Assembly: GCA_049320885.1 (NCBI GenBank)
Contig: JBMORA010000033.1
Location: forward strand, 1-64,000
Length of the DNA: 64,000 nt
Direction: 5' to 3'
From: Thermodesulfobacteriota bacterium
GTDB lineage: Bacteria > Desulfobacterota > Desulfobacteria > Desulfobacterales > SURF-7
Numbering within the stretch: position 1 is the first letter of the stretch; every line of letters starts with the position of its first letter. The notes under the pieces are model-generated. The model was not told the DNA's origin, searched no databases, and saw only the letters and a list, made by a program, of their open reading frames with translations. This document shows, piece by piece, positions 39,826 to 49,886 of the stretch. A program made the translations under genes and the position numbers.

Positions 39826-40443
39826 GTGCCAAGCCCGGAAACGGCCAGACTGCTGGTCATCGACAACTATGACTCGTTTACCTACAACCTGGTGCAGATG
39901 TTCCGGCAATACCCGCTGGATATCCGGGTTTATCGCTGCGACCGCCTGACGCTGGAAACCGCAGAAAATTATCGTCCCGACTACGTGCTGATCAGCCCCG
40001 GCCCCAAAGATCCCCAGCATACCGGTGTTTCCGTGCCCATCATCCATGCATTCTGCCACCGGATACCCATCCTGGGGGTCTGCCTGGGAATGCAATGCAT
40101 CAATGCAGCTTTCGGCGGCGCGACCGTCCGGGCGCCCCTGCCCGTTCACGGCAAGACCAGCCTGATCCGGCACGAAGGTCGCTTCCTGTTTCACGACCTG
40201 CCGTCACCCTTCCGGGCGGCCCGGTATCATTCCCTGATGGTCCGGCCGCGGAACGATGAGCTGACCATCACCGCCGAAAGCGAAGACGGCGTGATCATGG
40301 GGTTGTCCCACCTTCGCCACCCCCTGCACGGCGTCCAATTTCATCCGGAAAGCTTTTTGACGGAATATGGTTTCCGGCTGGTGGAGAACTTTCTGCGCCT
40401 GGGACCGCTGGCCCGGCCGGAAAAACAGAGGAGGCCATCATGA
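39826..40443 (+). CDS. pabA: aminodeoxychorismate/anthranilate synthase component II
   Basis: IDNYDSFTYN, SPGP, GVCLG, QFHPES. Confidence 0.9.
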   Translation: MPSPETARLLVIDNYDSFTYNLVQMFRQYPLDIRVYRCDRLTLETAENYRPDYVLISPGPKDPQHTGVSVPIIHAFCHRIPILGVCLGMQCINAAFGGATVRAPLPVHGKTSLIRHEGRFLFHDLPSPFRAARYHSLMVRPRNDELTITAESEDGVIMGLSHLRHPLHGVQFHPESFLTEYGFRLVENFLRLGPLARPEKQRRPS

Positions 40444-42716
40444 AACCGGAGCCGATGGAACTGACGGAAGTCATCCGGGGAATCCATGTGGAACCCCTTG
40501 AGCTGACGCAACCCCTGCCGGAAATCGCCGGTCATTTTGCCGCCGAACCGGGAACCGTATTGTTGTTGAGCGGCGGCGATCTGGATTGCGCCCGCTATCA
40601 CTTCCTGGCCGTAGATCCCTGGCTGCAGTTGCGCGGCAGCGGCCGCGACATGACCCTGGTCACCGGCAACCGGCGGACCGAATTTGCCGCCGACCCCTTC
40701 GAGACCCTCGATTTCCTGCTCTCCGCTTGCCGGCTGCCATCGCCGGACCTGGCCCTGCCGGTGGGGGCCGGGCTCTTCGGCTATCTGTCCTATGACCTGA
40801 AAGACCGCCTGGAAAACCTGCCCCGGACCTCCATGGATGCAGCGGGTTTGCCCCAGATCTGCCTGTATGCTCCCGGAATTCTAGTGGTTCAGGACAAGCT
40901 CGCGGACCGCTCCTGGCTGTGTTTGCCGAAATTCGAGGGGCGGAATGAAGCCTCGGTTCAGCGGCAAATCGCGGCCTTTCGGGAGAAAATCTGCCGGCCC
41001 CTGCCGCCGGACGGGGGCTTTTCCGGCAATCCGGACGGGTTCCGATCGGATTTCACCAGGGAAGAATACGAGGCCGCCGTGCAAACCATCCGGGAATACA
41101 TCGCCGCCGGCGATGTCTACCAGGTCAACATGTCCCAGCGCTTTGAAATGACGTTCCACGGCGACGGGTACCATCTGTTCAAATCCCTTTACCGCCGGAA
41201 TCCGGCTCCTTTTTTTGCCTACATCCAGGCCGGCGATCACCAGATCGTTTCCACCTCCCCCGAACGCTTTCTGAAGCAGCGGGGCCGCGCCATCGAAACC
41301 CGGCCCATCAAGGGCACCCGGCCCCGGGGAACCACAGCCGAGGAGGATGCCGCCTCCGGCGAACAGTTGCGGAACAACCCCAAGGACGATGCCGAGCTGT
41401 CCATGATCGTGGATCTGCTGCGCAACGACCTGGGCCGGGTTTGCCGGGCCGGCTCCGTGCAGGTTACGCAGCACAAACGCCTGGAGGCCTATCAGAATGT
41501 ATTTCACCTGGTTTCCGTGGTGGAAGGCCGCCTGGAGGAAGACAAAACCGCGGTGGATCTGCTCCGGGCGACGTTTCCGGGGGGCTCCATCACCGGCTGC
41601 CCGAAAATCCGCGCCATGGAAATCATCGACGAACTGGAACCGGTGCGCCGCCATATCTATACCGGCGCCATCGGCTATTTCGGCTTTCATGACACCATGG
41701 ATCTGTCCATCGCCATCCGCACCGCCGTCATCCACGAGGGCCGGATTGTTTTTTCCGTGGGCGGCGGCATTGTCTTTGATTCGGTTCCGGCCGACGAATA
41801 CGCCGAAACCCTGCACAAAGGCAAAACTTTGATGGAGGCTTTTGCCGGCGAAGGAACCCCATCCGCGGAACCGTCCCCGGTGGTCTGGATCAACGGCCGC
41901 TGCCGGAATCCGGACCAGGCCGGGATTCCCATTACGGATTTGGGGGTTCAATACGGCTTCGGTTTCTTTGAAACCATCCGGGTCCATCATGGGACGCCCC
42001 TGCACCTTGCCGATCATCTCCGGCGTTTCAATCGGACCTGGGGCCGGCTGTTTCCTTCGTCTCCGCCGGATCTCACCTGGGACGACATCATCCGGGAAAC
42101 CGTCAGACGCAATGGGCTGGAAGATCGGGTCAGCGCCGTGAAAATCATCGCCACCCGAGGTACCCGGCTGCGGCCGCCCGTGGATCATACCCTGGCGGTC
42201 CTGGCCCGGCCCTATGTCCACCGCCTGGAGGCGACCCAAAAGAACGGCCTGGATCTGGCCACCTATCCGGAACCCCGCCGGACGCCCCTGGCGGATTATA
42301 AAACATTGAATTATCTGTATTATCATCTTGCCGGCGAGTGGGCCCGGGAAAACGGGGCGGATGAGGCCCTGATCCTGAATCCGGACGGCACGGTTTCCGA
42401 GACCAACTCCGCCAGCCTGGTGGTCATCCGGGACCGGGACCTGATTCGCCCGGAATCCCCTGCGGTGCTGCCGGGCGTCATGGCTGAACAGGTGTGCGGG
42501 CTGCTGTCCAAGGAAGGGTTTAGCGTGCAGACCCGGCCGGTCCATCCCCGGGAGTTGACCACCGCCGACATGGTGCTGATGACCAATGCCCTCATCGGGG
42601 CGGTGCCGATTCTGCACCTGGACGGCTTTGCCCTGAAGCCGCCGTCCGATCTCTGGCGCCGGATCAACGCGCAAGTGCTGGCGCCGCCCCCCATGGACGA
42701 ATATCCAGCCGGATGA
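40440..42716 (+). CDS. pabB: fused ADC synthase component I / ADC lyase (PabB-PabC)
   Basis: SPERFL, RPIKGT, MIVDLLRND, GSITGCPK, then class IV aminotransferase (GFFETIR, YKTLNY, LPGV). Confidence 0.9.
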   Translation: MKPEPMELTEVIRGIHVEPLELTQPLPEIAGHFAAEPGTVLLLSGGDLDCARYHFLAVDPWLQLRGSGRDMTLVTGNRRTEFAADPFETLDFLLSACRLPSPDLALPVGAGLFGYLSYDLKDRLENLPRTSMDAAGLPQICLYAPGILVVQDKLADRSWLCLPKFEGRNEASVQRQIAAFREKICRPLPPDGGFSGNPDGFRSDFTREEYEAAVQTIREYIAAGDVYQVNMSQRFEMTFHGDGYHLFKSLYRRNPAPFFAYIQAGDHQIVSTSPERFLKQRGRAIETRPIKGTRPRGTTAEEDAASGEQLRNNPKDDAELSMIVDLLRNDLGRVCRAGSVQVTQHKRLEAYQNVFHLVSVVEGRLEEDKTAVDLLRATFPGGSITGCPKIRAMEIIDELEPVRRHIYTGAIGYFGFHDTMDLSIAIRTAVIHEGRIVFSVGGGIVFDSVPADEYAETLHKGKTLMEAFAGEGTPSAEPSPVVWINGRCRNPDQAGIPITDLGVQYGFGFFETIRVHHGTPLHLADHLRRFNRTWGRLFPSSPPDLTWDDIIRETVRRNGLEDRVSAVKIIATRGTRLRPPVDHTLAVLARPYVHRLEATQKNGLDLATYPEPRRTPLADYKTLNYLYYHLAGEWARENGADEALILNPDGTVSETNSASLVVIRDRDLIRPESPAVLPGVMAEQVCGLLSKEGFSVQTRPVHPRELTTADMVLMTNALIGAVPILHLDGFALKPPSDLWRRINAQVLAPPPMDEYPAG

Positions 42717-42757
42717 ATTTTTGGGTCTTGCAATCCGGCGGTTCATTTGCTAACGAA

Positions 42758-42773
42758 CGTTCGTATGCGAACG
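42758..42773. promoter_or_regulatory. putative MarR operator over the start codon
   Basis: CGTTCG-TATG-CGAACG palindrome. Confidence 0.55.
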
Positions 42774-43247
42774 AACCATCCCGAACCGAAATATTTCATT
42801 TGCTCCCTGGCTTCCCAGGCTGTCCGCAAGATGGTGGCGTATTACAACAGCGTCCTGGAACCCCTGGGATTGACGGCCCAGCAGGTGATGGCCCTGGGGG
42901 TGCTCTGGCGGGGGGAAAATATGAGTCTGGGGGAATTCGCCGGCCGGGCCGGCATCGGCAAGGCCGCCGCCGTCACCATGATTCAGCGCCTGGAAAACAT
43001 GCAACTGGTCCGGCGCAAGCCGCATCCGGAAGACGCCCGCCTGAATGTGCTGACCCTGACCGAAAAGGCGCGGGGCCTGGCACCCGGACTCCTGGCAACC
43101 GGCGGCAAACTGGAGCGCTCCATCGAGGCCGCCGTGGGACCGGAAACCATGGCAGCCCTGATCAAAGGCCTCACCACCATCTGCGAACTGGATATCGACC
43201 ACCTGAAATCCGCATCCAAAAATCGTGAACAAAGGAACAGCTCATGA
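42765..43247 (+). CDS. MarR-family regulator
   Basis: LGLTAQQ..IQRLE..EDAR..LTLTEK. Confidence 0.9.
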   Translation: MRTNHPEPKYFICSLASQAVRKMVAYYNSVLEPLGLTAQQVMALGVLWRGENMSLGEFAGRAGIGKAAAVTMIQRLENMQLVRRKPHPEDARLNVLTLTEKARGLAPGLLATGGKLERSIEAAVGPETMAALIKGLTTICELDIDHLKSASKNREQRNSS

Positions 43248-43948
43248 ATCCCGTTTCGTCAGCTCTTGCCCAAGGACAGCGGGCTCTTTCCGAATATCAA
43301 TCCAAGGAACTGCTCCGCGCCTATGACATCCCCGTAACCCGGGAAATTCTCACCGAACATGTGGCGGACGCCATCCGCGCCGCCGGGGAAATCGGCTATC
43401 CGGTTGCCTTGAAAGCCTGCGCGCCGGAACTGATGCACAAGAGCGAATCCGGGGCCGTCGCCCTGAATTTGAAAAACGAGGAAGACATCCGGGAAGCCCA
43501 TGAACGGATCAGCGCCGGGCTGGCGCCGGCCAAAACGGCCATGCTGGTGCAGGAAATGATCGCGGGTCAGCGGGAGCTGGTGATCGGACTGACCCGCGAT
43601 CCCCAATTCGGTCCCTGCGTCATGCTGGGGCTGGGCGGGATTCTGACCGAAATCCTTCAGGACACCGTCTTCCGGGCGGCGCCGTTCGATCTCATCGAGG
43701 CCCGGGACATGGTCCGGGAACTGCGCGGGAAGGCCATCCTGGAGGCCTTTCGCGGTCAACGGCCGGCGGATCTCGATACTCTTCTGCGGGCCCTGGTTGC
43801 CGTGGGCCGGATCGGTCTGGAACAACCGGCCGTGACCGAGCTGGATATCAACCCGTTGATCATCGATCCTGCCGGGCGTATCGTGGCCGTGGACGCCCTT
43901 GTGGTCCTGAACCCGAATCCGGCGGCAGCAGGAGGGCAGAACACATGA
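43244..43948 (+). CDS. ADP-forming acyl-CoA ligase, ATP-grasp subunit
   Basis: LSEYQSKELL, GYPVALK, HKSESG, DPQFGP, LDINP. Confidence 0.9.
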   Translation: MNPVSSALAQGQRALSEYQSKELLRAYDIPVTREILTEHVADAIRAAGEIGYPVALKACAPELMHKSESGAVALNLKNEEDIREAHERISAGLAPAKTAMLVQEMIAGQRELVIGLTRDPQFGPCVMLGLGGILTEILQDTVFRAAPFDLIEARDMVRELRGKAILEAFRGQRPADLDTLLRALVAVGRIGLEQPAVTELDINPLIIDPAGRIVAVDALVVLNPNPAAAGGQNT

Positions 43949-45417
43949 TTCCGTCGATCCAGGAAAATCCGCTTTACGCCATCGCCAATCCGGGCAGCAT
44001 CGCCTTCTTCGGCGCGTCCAACAATTTCAGCGCCATGGGAACCAATATCCTCCAATCCGTTCAGTCCCTGGGATATGCCGGCCGGATCTATCCGGTCCAT
44101 CCCAAGGAAAAACGGGTCATGAACCTCCCGGCCCACGCGGATGTGGCCGATCTCCCGGAAACGCCGGACATGGCCTTCATCGTTCTGCCCACGGATATCG
44201 TCATTCCGACACTGGAGGCCTGCGGCCGTAAGGGCATCCGCCATGCCGTGATCGTTTCCGCCGGATTTAACGAGGTGGGCGGCAAAGGCGTCGACCTGCA
44301 GCAAGAACTGCTCCGGGTGGCCCGGCAATACGGCATCCGTTTTTCCGGACCGAACTGCATCGGCGTGGTGAACCCGCATCACCGCTTGAACGCCACTTTC
44401 CTGCCCTATGAAGCTCGGCCGGGGTTCATCGGCATCGCTTCCCAGAGCGGCAGCTTCGTCACCCAGATGTTCAACTACCTGGATCGCTTCGGGCTGGGCT
44501 TCAGCACCGGCTTCAGCCTGGGCAATGAAGCCGATATCGATCTGGTGGACGCCATCGAATATCTGGGAGCCTGCCCGCACACCCGGGTCATCGCCATGTA
44601 TGTGGAATCCATCCGCCGGGGCAGGGCCTTCATCGAAGCCGCGAGATCCATCATCCCCCGGAAGCCGGTGGTGGCCTTTTATGTGGGCGGCTCCGAAGCC
44701 GGCAAGCGCGCCTGTTTTTCCCATACCGGCGCGCTGGCCGGATCGGACCGGCTGTATGACGGCATTTTCCGGCAAAGCGGGGTGATCCGGGCCCGCTCCA
44801 TCGAGGAAATGTTCGATTTCTGTTACGCCTTCGGCGCTTCGCCCCCGCCCCGGGGAAACCGGGTCATCATTCAAACCCATTCGGGCGGACCGGGGGCGGC
44901 CGCGGCCGACGCCGGGGGTCGGGCCGGGCTGGCGCTGCCGGCCTTGACAGATGAAACCGTCCGGAAACTGGCGCCGTATATGCCCCACACCGGCAGCAGC
45001 GCCAATCCCATCGATCTCACCTATACCAAAAACCCCCTGGACTATTTCCACACCATTCCCGATATCCTGCTGGAGGATGCCGATGCGGATGCGCTGCTGG
45101 TGTATTTTCTGGCCTCCTCCGGCATGGTCCGCCGCGCCCTGGAGGGCCTGGGAATCCCCCAGGAAGAATCCGCGGCCCATGCGGAAAAAATCATCGCCGA
45201 TCAATGCAAGGCCATCGCTTCCCTCGTGGAAAAGCACCGGAAACCACTCATCGGCTATTCGTTCCTGACCCGGGAGAATCCTTTTATCCGGGGCCTCCAG
45301 GATCTCGGCGTGCCGGTCCTGGGCAGCCCGGAACGGGCCGCGCGGGCCGCCGGGGCCATGGCAACCTACGTGCAGCTGAAGCAGAAAATTCTGGAAAGCG
45401 AGAAATCTTCGAGCTGA
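43945..45417 (+). CDS. ADP-forming acyl-CoA ligase, CoA-binding subunit
   Basis: SIAFFGAS, GPNCIG, SQSG, SHTGALAG, NPIDLT. Confidence 0.9.
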   Translation: MIPSIQENPLYAIANPGSIAFFGASNNFSAMGTNILQSVQSLGYAGRIYPVHPKEKRVMNLPAHADVADLPETPDMAFIVLPTDIVIPTLEACGRKGIRHAVIVSAGFNEVGGKGVDLQQELLRVARQYGIRFSGPNCIGVVNPHHRLNATFLPYEARPGFIGIASQSGSFVTQMFNYLDRFGLGFSTGFSLGNEADIDLVDAIEYLGACPHTRVIAMYVESIRRGRAFIEAARSIIPRKPVVAFYVGGSEAGKRACFSHTGALAGSDRLYDGIFRQSGVIRARSIEEMFDFCYAFGASPPPRGNRVIIQTHSGGPGAAAADAGGRAGLALPALTDETVRKLAPYMPHTGSSANPIDLTYTKNPLDYFHTIPDILLEDADADALLVYFLASSGMVRRALEGLGIPQEESAAHAEKIIADQCKAIASLVEKHRKPLIGYSFLTRENPFIRGLQDLGVPVLGSPERAARAAGAMATYVQLKQKILESEKSSS

Positions 45418-45559
45418 AATCGAAAACGGATAAGTGTAGCGAGTGGTTGAATAGATCAGTGATGACGTTTGACCAAGATCTTCATTTTTATGATCGGTTC
45501 ACCCCTTCACCCCTCCCATTGTCGAACCAGGAAATAGGCGCGTGCCGAGAATTCGGGGT

Positions 45560-45606
45560 TTGACTTATTAAATGACCATGGTATTATGACCTTGTCATAA
45601 TGGTCA
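45560..45606 (+). promoter_or_regulatory. TA promoter/operator
   Basis: TTGACT..TATTAT with TTATGAC-CTT-GTCATAA and TGACCAT/ATGGTCA repeats. Confidence 0.6.
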
Positions 45607-45658
45607 GTCCAAGGCCTGAAGGACCAGTTGCGGGGAAGCGTAAAGAGGAATCGGCAAC

Positions 45659-45892
45659 ATGGAAAAGCAGATATCGAAATCACAATTTAAACCTAGGGTT
45701 TTGCAACTTTTCAGGGAAATTGAACGAACGGGCAGGGCGCTGATCATCACCGACCGGGGCAAACCGGTGCTGAAGATCGAACCCTATGCTGAAAAGCCGT
45801 CCGACATCTTGAAAATACTTAGAAATACGGTTATCAAATATGAAGATCCAACCGCACCTGTTGGCCTGGATGACTGGGAATCGCTAACATGA
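45659..45892 (+). CDS. Phd-family antitoxin
   Basis: ISKSQFK..LIITDRGKPV. Confidence 0.88.
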   Translation: MEKQISKSQFKPRVLQLFREIERTGRALIITDRGKPVLKIEPYAEKPSDILKILRNTVIKYEDPTAPVGLDDWESLT

Positions 45893-46284
45893 TCGTCCTC
45901 GATACGCATGCTTGGGTATGGTATGTCAGCAACCCCGAAAATTTTTCCCGAAAAGCAAAAAAAGCGATAGATGACGCGCTGGATCAGCAACAAATCTATA
46001 TTTCCTCAATCAGCGCATGGGAAATTGCGATGCTGGCTTCCAAAAAACGGTTGGAACTGGCTCTCACAGTAGAGGACTGGATTGCAAAATCAGAAAAATT
46101 ACCTTTCTTTCATTTTATTCCGGTTGATAATGCCATTGCGGTTAAGTCGGTTGGTTTACCCCAGCCTTTCCATAATGATCCGGCAGACCGGATCATTATA
46201 GCGACCGCGTTATTATTGGGTGCGGCGGTCATCACCAAAGATGAAAAAATACGGAATTACCCGCATGTAAGAACCATCTGGTAG
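45889..46284 (+). CDS. vapC: VapC PIN toxin
   Basis: LDTHAWVW, ISAWEI, HNDPADRIIIATA, TKD. Confidence 0.9.
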   Translation: MIVLDTHAWVWYVSNPENFSRKAKKAIDDALDQQQIYISSISAWEIAMLASKKRLELALTVEDWIAKSEKLPFFHFIPVDNAIAVKSVGLPQPFHNDPADRIIIATALLLGAAVITKDEKIRNYPHVRTIW

Positions 46285-46420
46285 AATTACAACACGAAAA
46301 AAGTCCCGCTTACTTTCAACTAATCGTATGTTCAGAGGGAAACGGTTTAGCGGCGTTACACCACCCACTGCGTTCAAAAAGAAATGGACATAACCTGATT
46401 AACGGATATAATGGGAAGCA

Positions 46421-46584
46421 GGGGCATGTGGTCGCATCTTAAAAATTAATTATTTTCTTTCCGATCCGATCGACCCGCACTATCTTAACGGCACCACATT
46501 ATCAATACTTGATATTTTAGATGCGACCCTTCTGTTTCCTCATTATCAATACTTGATATTTTAGATGCGACCCTTCTGTTTCCT
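46421..46584. repeat. 119-bp inverted-repeat element, copy 1, plus 44-bp tandem duplication of its right end
   Basis: GGTCGCATCT..AGATGCGACC termini; 46497-46540 identical to 46541-46584. Confidence 0.85.
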
Positions 46585-46896
46585 TTCCGTTTTGTTGCCG
46601 TAGTGATCCGTGACAGTGAGAAGATCCGATGCGGCATCATAGGCATAAAAGGTCGAAAAGACCGCTTCGCGCTCGTCGGCTTCATTGTATTCGTCAACTT
46701 CGATGATCCTGCCGAGATAGTCGCGTTTCTCCACTTTCCGGTTATTGTCCGGGTCGGTGATGTTTGGAAAATCACATCTTCCGCTCTTAAAACGCTTTTT
46801 TCAGCCCCAAAAACATCATTCTAAGACCTCAAAATGGTCTGTTTTTTATCCTAACCAATTGATAGTAATAGGTTCTACTTGGTCCGACAAGAAATC
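46584..46896. repeat. 313-bp direct repeat, copy A (Rhs stub + 135-bp non-coding module)
   Basis: Matches 49527-49839 with 8 mismatches counted by eye. Confidence 0.92.
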
Positions 46897-46967
46897 CAGA
46901 AATCGTTTGCAAGCAGTTACCTATGTCCGGCAAGAAATCAAAATCATTCTCTATTGGCCTGTCTTCT

Positions 46968-47384
46968 TCACTTCATCTTAATTAATTTACCATTATTTTT
47001 ATCTATACGCCATCTTGTTGTATTGCTATCTCTATTGGTGTGCTCTATAAACTCAAGAACATTATCCTTGCTATAAAAGTATTTAAAAATATCTGTTATC
47101 TTATCTTCGACTTGTCCGTTATTTAAATTCCACTTTTGATGTTTTTCATAATAATCGATAGTACCATCTTTATTGTAGTAAACAGTTAAATAAGCGTCTT
47201 TATAATCCGCTATTTCTTCTGAAGTCATCTCATAACTAGGATCAGGTTCAATTGGTATTGTCATAAGATTAGCTCTTTTATAGTAATATGGGCCACCGAT
47301 GCGATCGCTATGTGCATTGCATGAAAAATTTATCAATAAAACTAAAAATATAAAAAAAAAGATACAAATATTAAATTTTAGCAT
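46968..47384 (-). CDS. putative lipoprotein immunity protein
   Basis: MLKFNICIFFFIFLVLLINFSC signal/lipobox; AT-rich; directly after the Rhs tip. Confidence 0.7.
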   Translation of the reverse strand: MLKFNICIFFFIFLVLLINFSCNAHSDRIGGPYYYKRANLMTIPIEPDPSYEMTSEEIADYKDAYLTVYYNKDGTIDYYEKHQKWNLNNGQVEDKITDIFKYFYSKDNVLEFIEHTNRDSNTTRWRIDKNNGKLIKMK

Positions 47385-47415
47385 TGAAAATTTTCCTCTC
47401 TTATAATGTAGCTTC

Positions 47416-49704
47416 TTATTCATTTTTCCGAGAACGTTCCTGGGCTTTTTCATTAAGATGATTGACCATATCGGATTGAAATGTTTGGCATTCTTGAGCA
47501 AATGAATCAACTCCAATTCTATAGCTTCCCTCAAATGAGTGCGCATAGTTCTCCATCTCTTGTTTAGCTTCTTCACAAGTCATCTCAGAATTTCTTATTT
47601 CTAAATTATACACTCTATCCGCTGGCTTCCCCTCATATGGATCATGATCTTCTTCTCCGCCAGGAAAAACACCGACACCGTTTACAATTCCTCTAACGCC
47701 AGTCAGCGCTTCATAGTTACTGACCCGCTTCTCAGGGTACAATCCCCAACTTTTTACATCAGGAGTTCTAGGATTAGCTTCGGACCAATAATGACCCCAC
47801 TTGGTTCTCTCTGGATCTTTTTTAAACAGATCAGGATCAATTTGCTTAAATTCAATATCTGTGCAAACCACAATCGATTCTGAAACCGATTGACTGCTAT
47901 TCCCCTCACTATTATCGTTTCCTGATTCACTCGATCCATTTGAGTTGGAGCCACCAAAAAGTCCTGCCACACCTCGACAGAAATTTCCTATAGCTCCGGA
48001 TATTCCTTCGCCGTCGTCCCAAGAATGGCCAGTCGGATCAATATATTTTAGCGGATTGTTTCTTGCATAAGCATATCGGTTCAAACCTTGCGGATCATAG
48101 TAATTAGGCCAAATATTATCCGCACTAACAAACACCCCCAATATCGGATCATACAACCGCGCCCTATAGTTGTAGAGCCCGATCTCGGCATCCTGCTCCT
48201 GGTCCGTGAACTTATAGTTCGATACGGTCTGATGATTGCCGGAGCGGTTCTGGCCGAAGGGCATGTATTGGGTGGTTTCGCTGCCGGTAGCGGGATTGCC
48301 GCTTGCGTCGGTGACGATGGTGGAGCTGCCGAGGTGGTCCTTGTGATAATAATGGATTTCTTCCCCTTCTCCGGTATTCGTTATCTTCGCGATCCGCTGG
48401 TTGTTGGCGAATATATATCTTACCGGCACGCCGTTGACAATCTCGTATTCCCTGGTGACGTAGAGGGTCGTACCGGCGGTTGTCTCTTTCCTGACCCTGC
48501 TGTTGTCCGCATCATACAAGAGGTGGGTTGTACGGGTCTCGCCGTTTTTGGTGTAATCGATCTTCTCCGCCATGTTGTCGATGCTGAAGGTGATCTCGCG
48601 CACGGCCGGAGCGGTGATGTCGCTCAAATCCCAGCCCCTGGTCATGTTGCCTTTGCGGTCGTATTCGAATTGATAGGACGCGCCGTTCCGCTTGATGGTT
48701 TTCACCGCATGGGGGTGGGTAGAATCATAACCGTATTCCATGACGAAATCGGCCGGGTATTTCGGATCGCGTTCCGGGGCCTCCTGCTTCAAGCGATGCA
48801 GGCTGTCGTAATTGTAATACGCTTCAAGCTGATTGGGATTATCCCGGATAAACCGGACGTCTCCCGCCGGAGAATATTGGTATTCCAATTCCTGCAAAAT
48901 GCCGGCTTCAGAAACAGTATATGTCTGGGCCGACGTCATGCGCAGGGAATACGGATCGTACCCGTAATTCGTATAGACGACCCCACCGCCGTATTTTATG
49001 GAACCGACACTGCCGGACGGATTGTACCCCTCGAACTCGGCATAACCAACATTCCTGACCAGCCCGGTTTTAGGGTAATAGTCGTAGGTCACCGTCCCGA
49101 GCTCATCAGGCCACAGGATGCTCCGCAATTTTCCGGCGACATCGTATTGGTATTTAATCAGATAGCTTTGCTCGCCGATCGCCTTGCCGGTTTTGACGAC
49201 CCGGCCCATGCTGTCATATTCATAGGCCGCCATAACCGTTGCGGGGGTCCGGTGATCCTCCGAGTAATGCAGCCGGCCGACGCCGTTTTCCGGGGATGTG
49301 TCGTAATGAAATTCCACATACCCTTTATCGACGCCGCCGGATAGATAGGCACGCCGGGTGATCCGGCCCAGGGCGTCCGGCGTGAACGCAACGGATTCCA
49401 CCACCGCATCGCCTTCGCCCAGCAGATACTGGCCGGTCAGCACGCCGTTGCGGTTATATTCATACCGCCGGTTGCCCATGTCCGGATCGCTCATCCGGGT
49501 CTTGCGGCCCAGCGTATCGTAAATCATTTCCGTTTTGTTGCCGTAGTGATCCGTGACAGTGAGAAGATCCGATGCGGCATCATAGGCATAAAAGGTCGAA
49601 AAAACCGCTTCGCGCTCGTCGGCTTCATTGTATTCGTCAACTTCGATGATCCTGCCGAGATAGTCGCGTTTCTCCACTTTCCGGTTATTGTCCGGGTCGG
49701 TGAT
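47416..49704 (-). pseudogene. orphan Rhs/YD-repeat fragment with C-terminal toxin
   Basis: YD repeats, DHLGSS, FTDQEQD, YNYRARLYDP, NRYAYARNNPLKYIDPTGH; starts mid-core. Confidence 0.9.
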
Positions 49705-49839
49705 GTTTGGAAAATCACATCTTCCGTTCTTAAAACGCTTTTTCCAGCCCCCAAAACATCGTTCTAAGACCCCAAAGTGGCCTGTTTTTTATCCTAACCA
49801 ATTGATAGTAATAGGTTCTACTTGGTCCGACAAGAAATC
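49527..49839. repeat. 313-bp direct repeat, copy B
   Basis: Offset 2943 bp from copy A. Confidence 0.92.
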
Positions 49840-49886
49840 GGAGCGCAGTACCGCACGCGGCGGGCTCGGCACAAGGCATTCGTCGG

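Noticed and set aside
46421..46584. CRISPR array
   Set aside because: The 44-bp copies are adjacent with no spacer, there are only two, and no cas genes are present.
46584..49839. Diversity-generating retroelement TR/VR pair
   Set aside because: Mismatches are not adenine-specific, fall mostly in non-coding DNA, and no reverse transcriptase is present.
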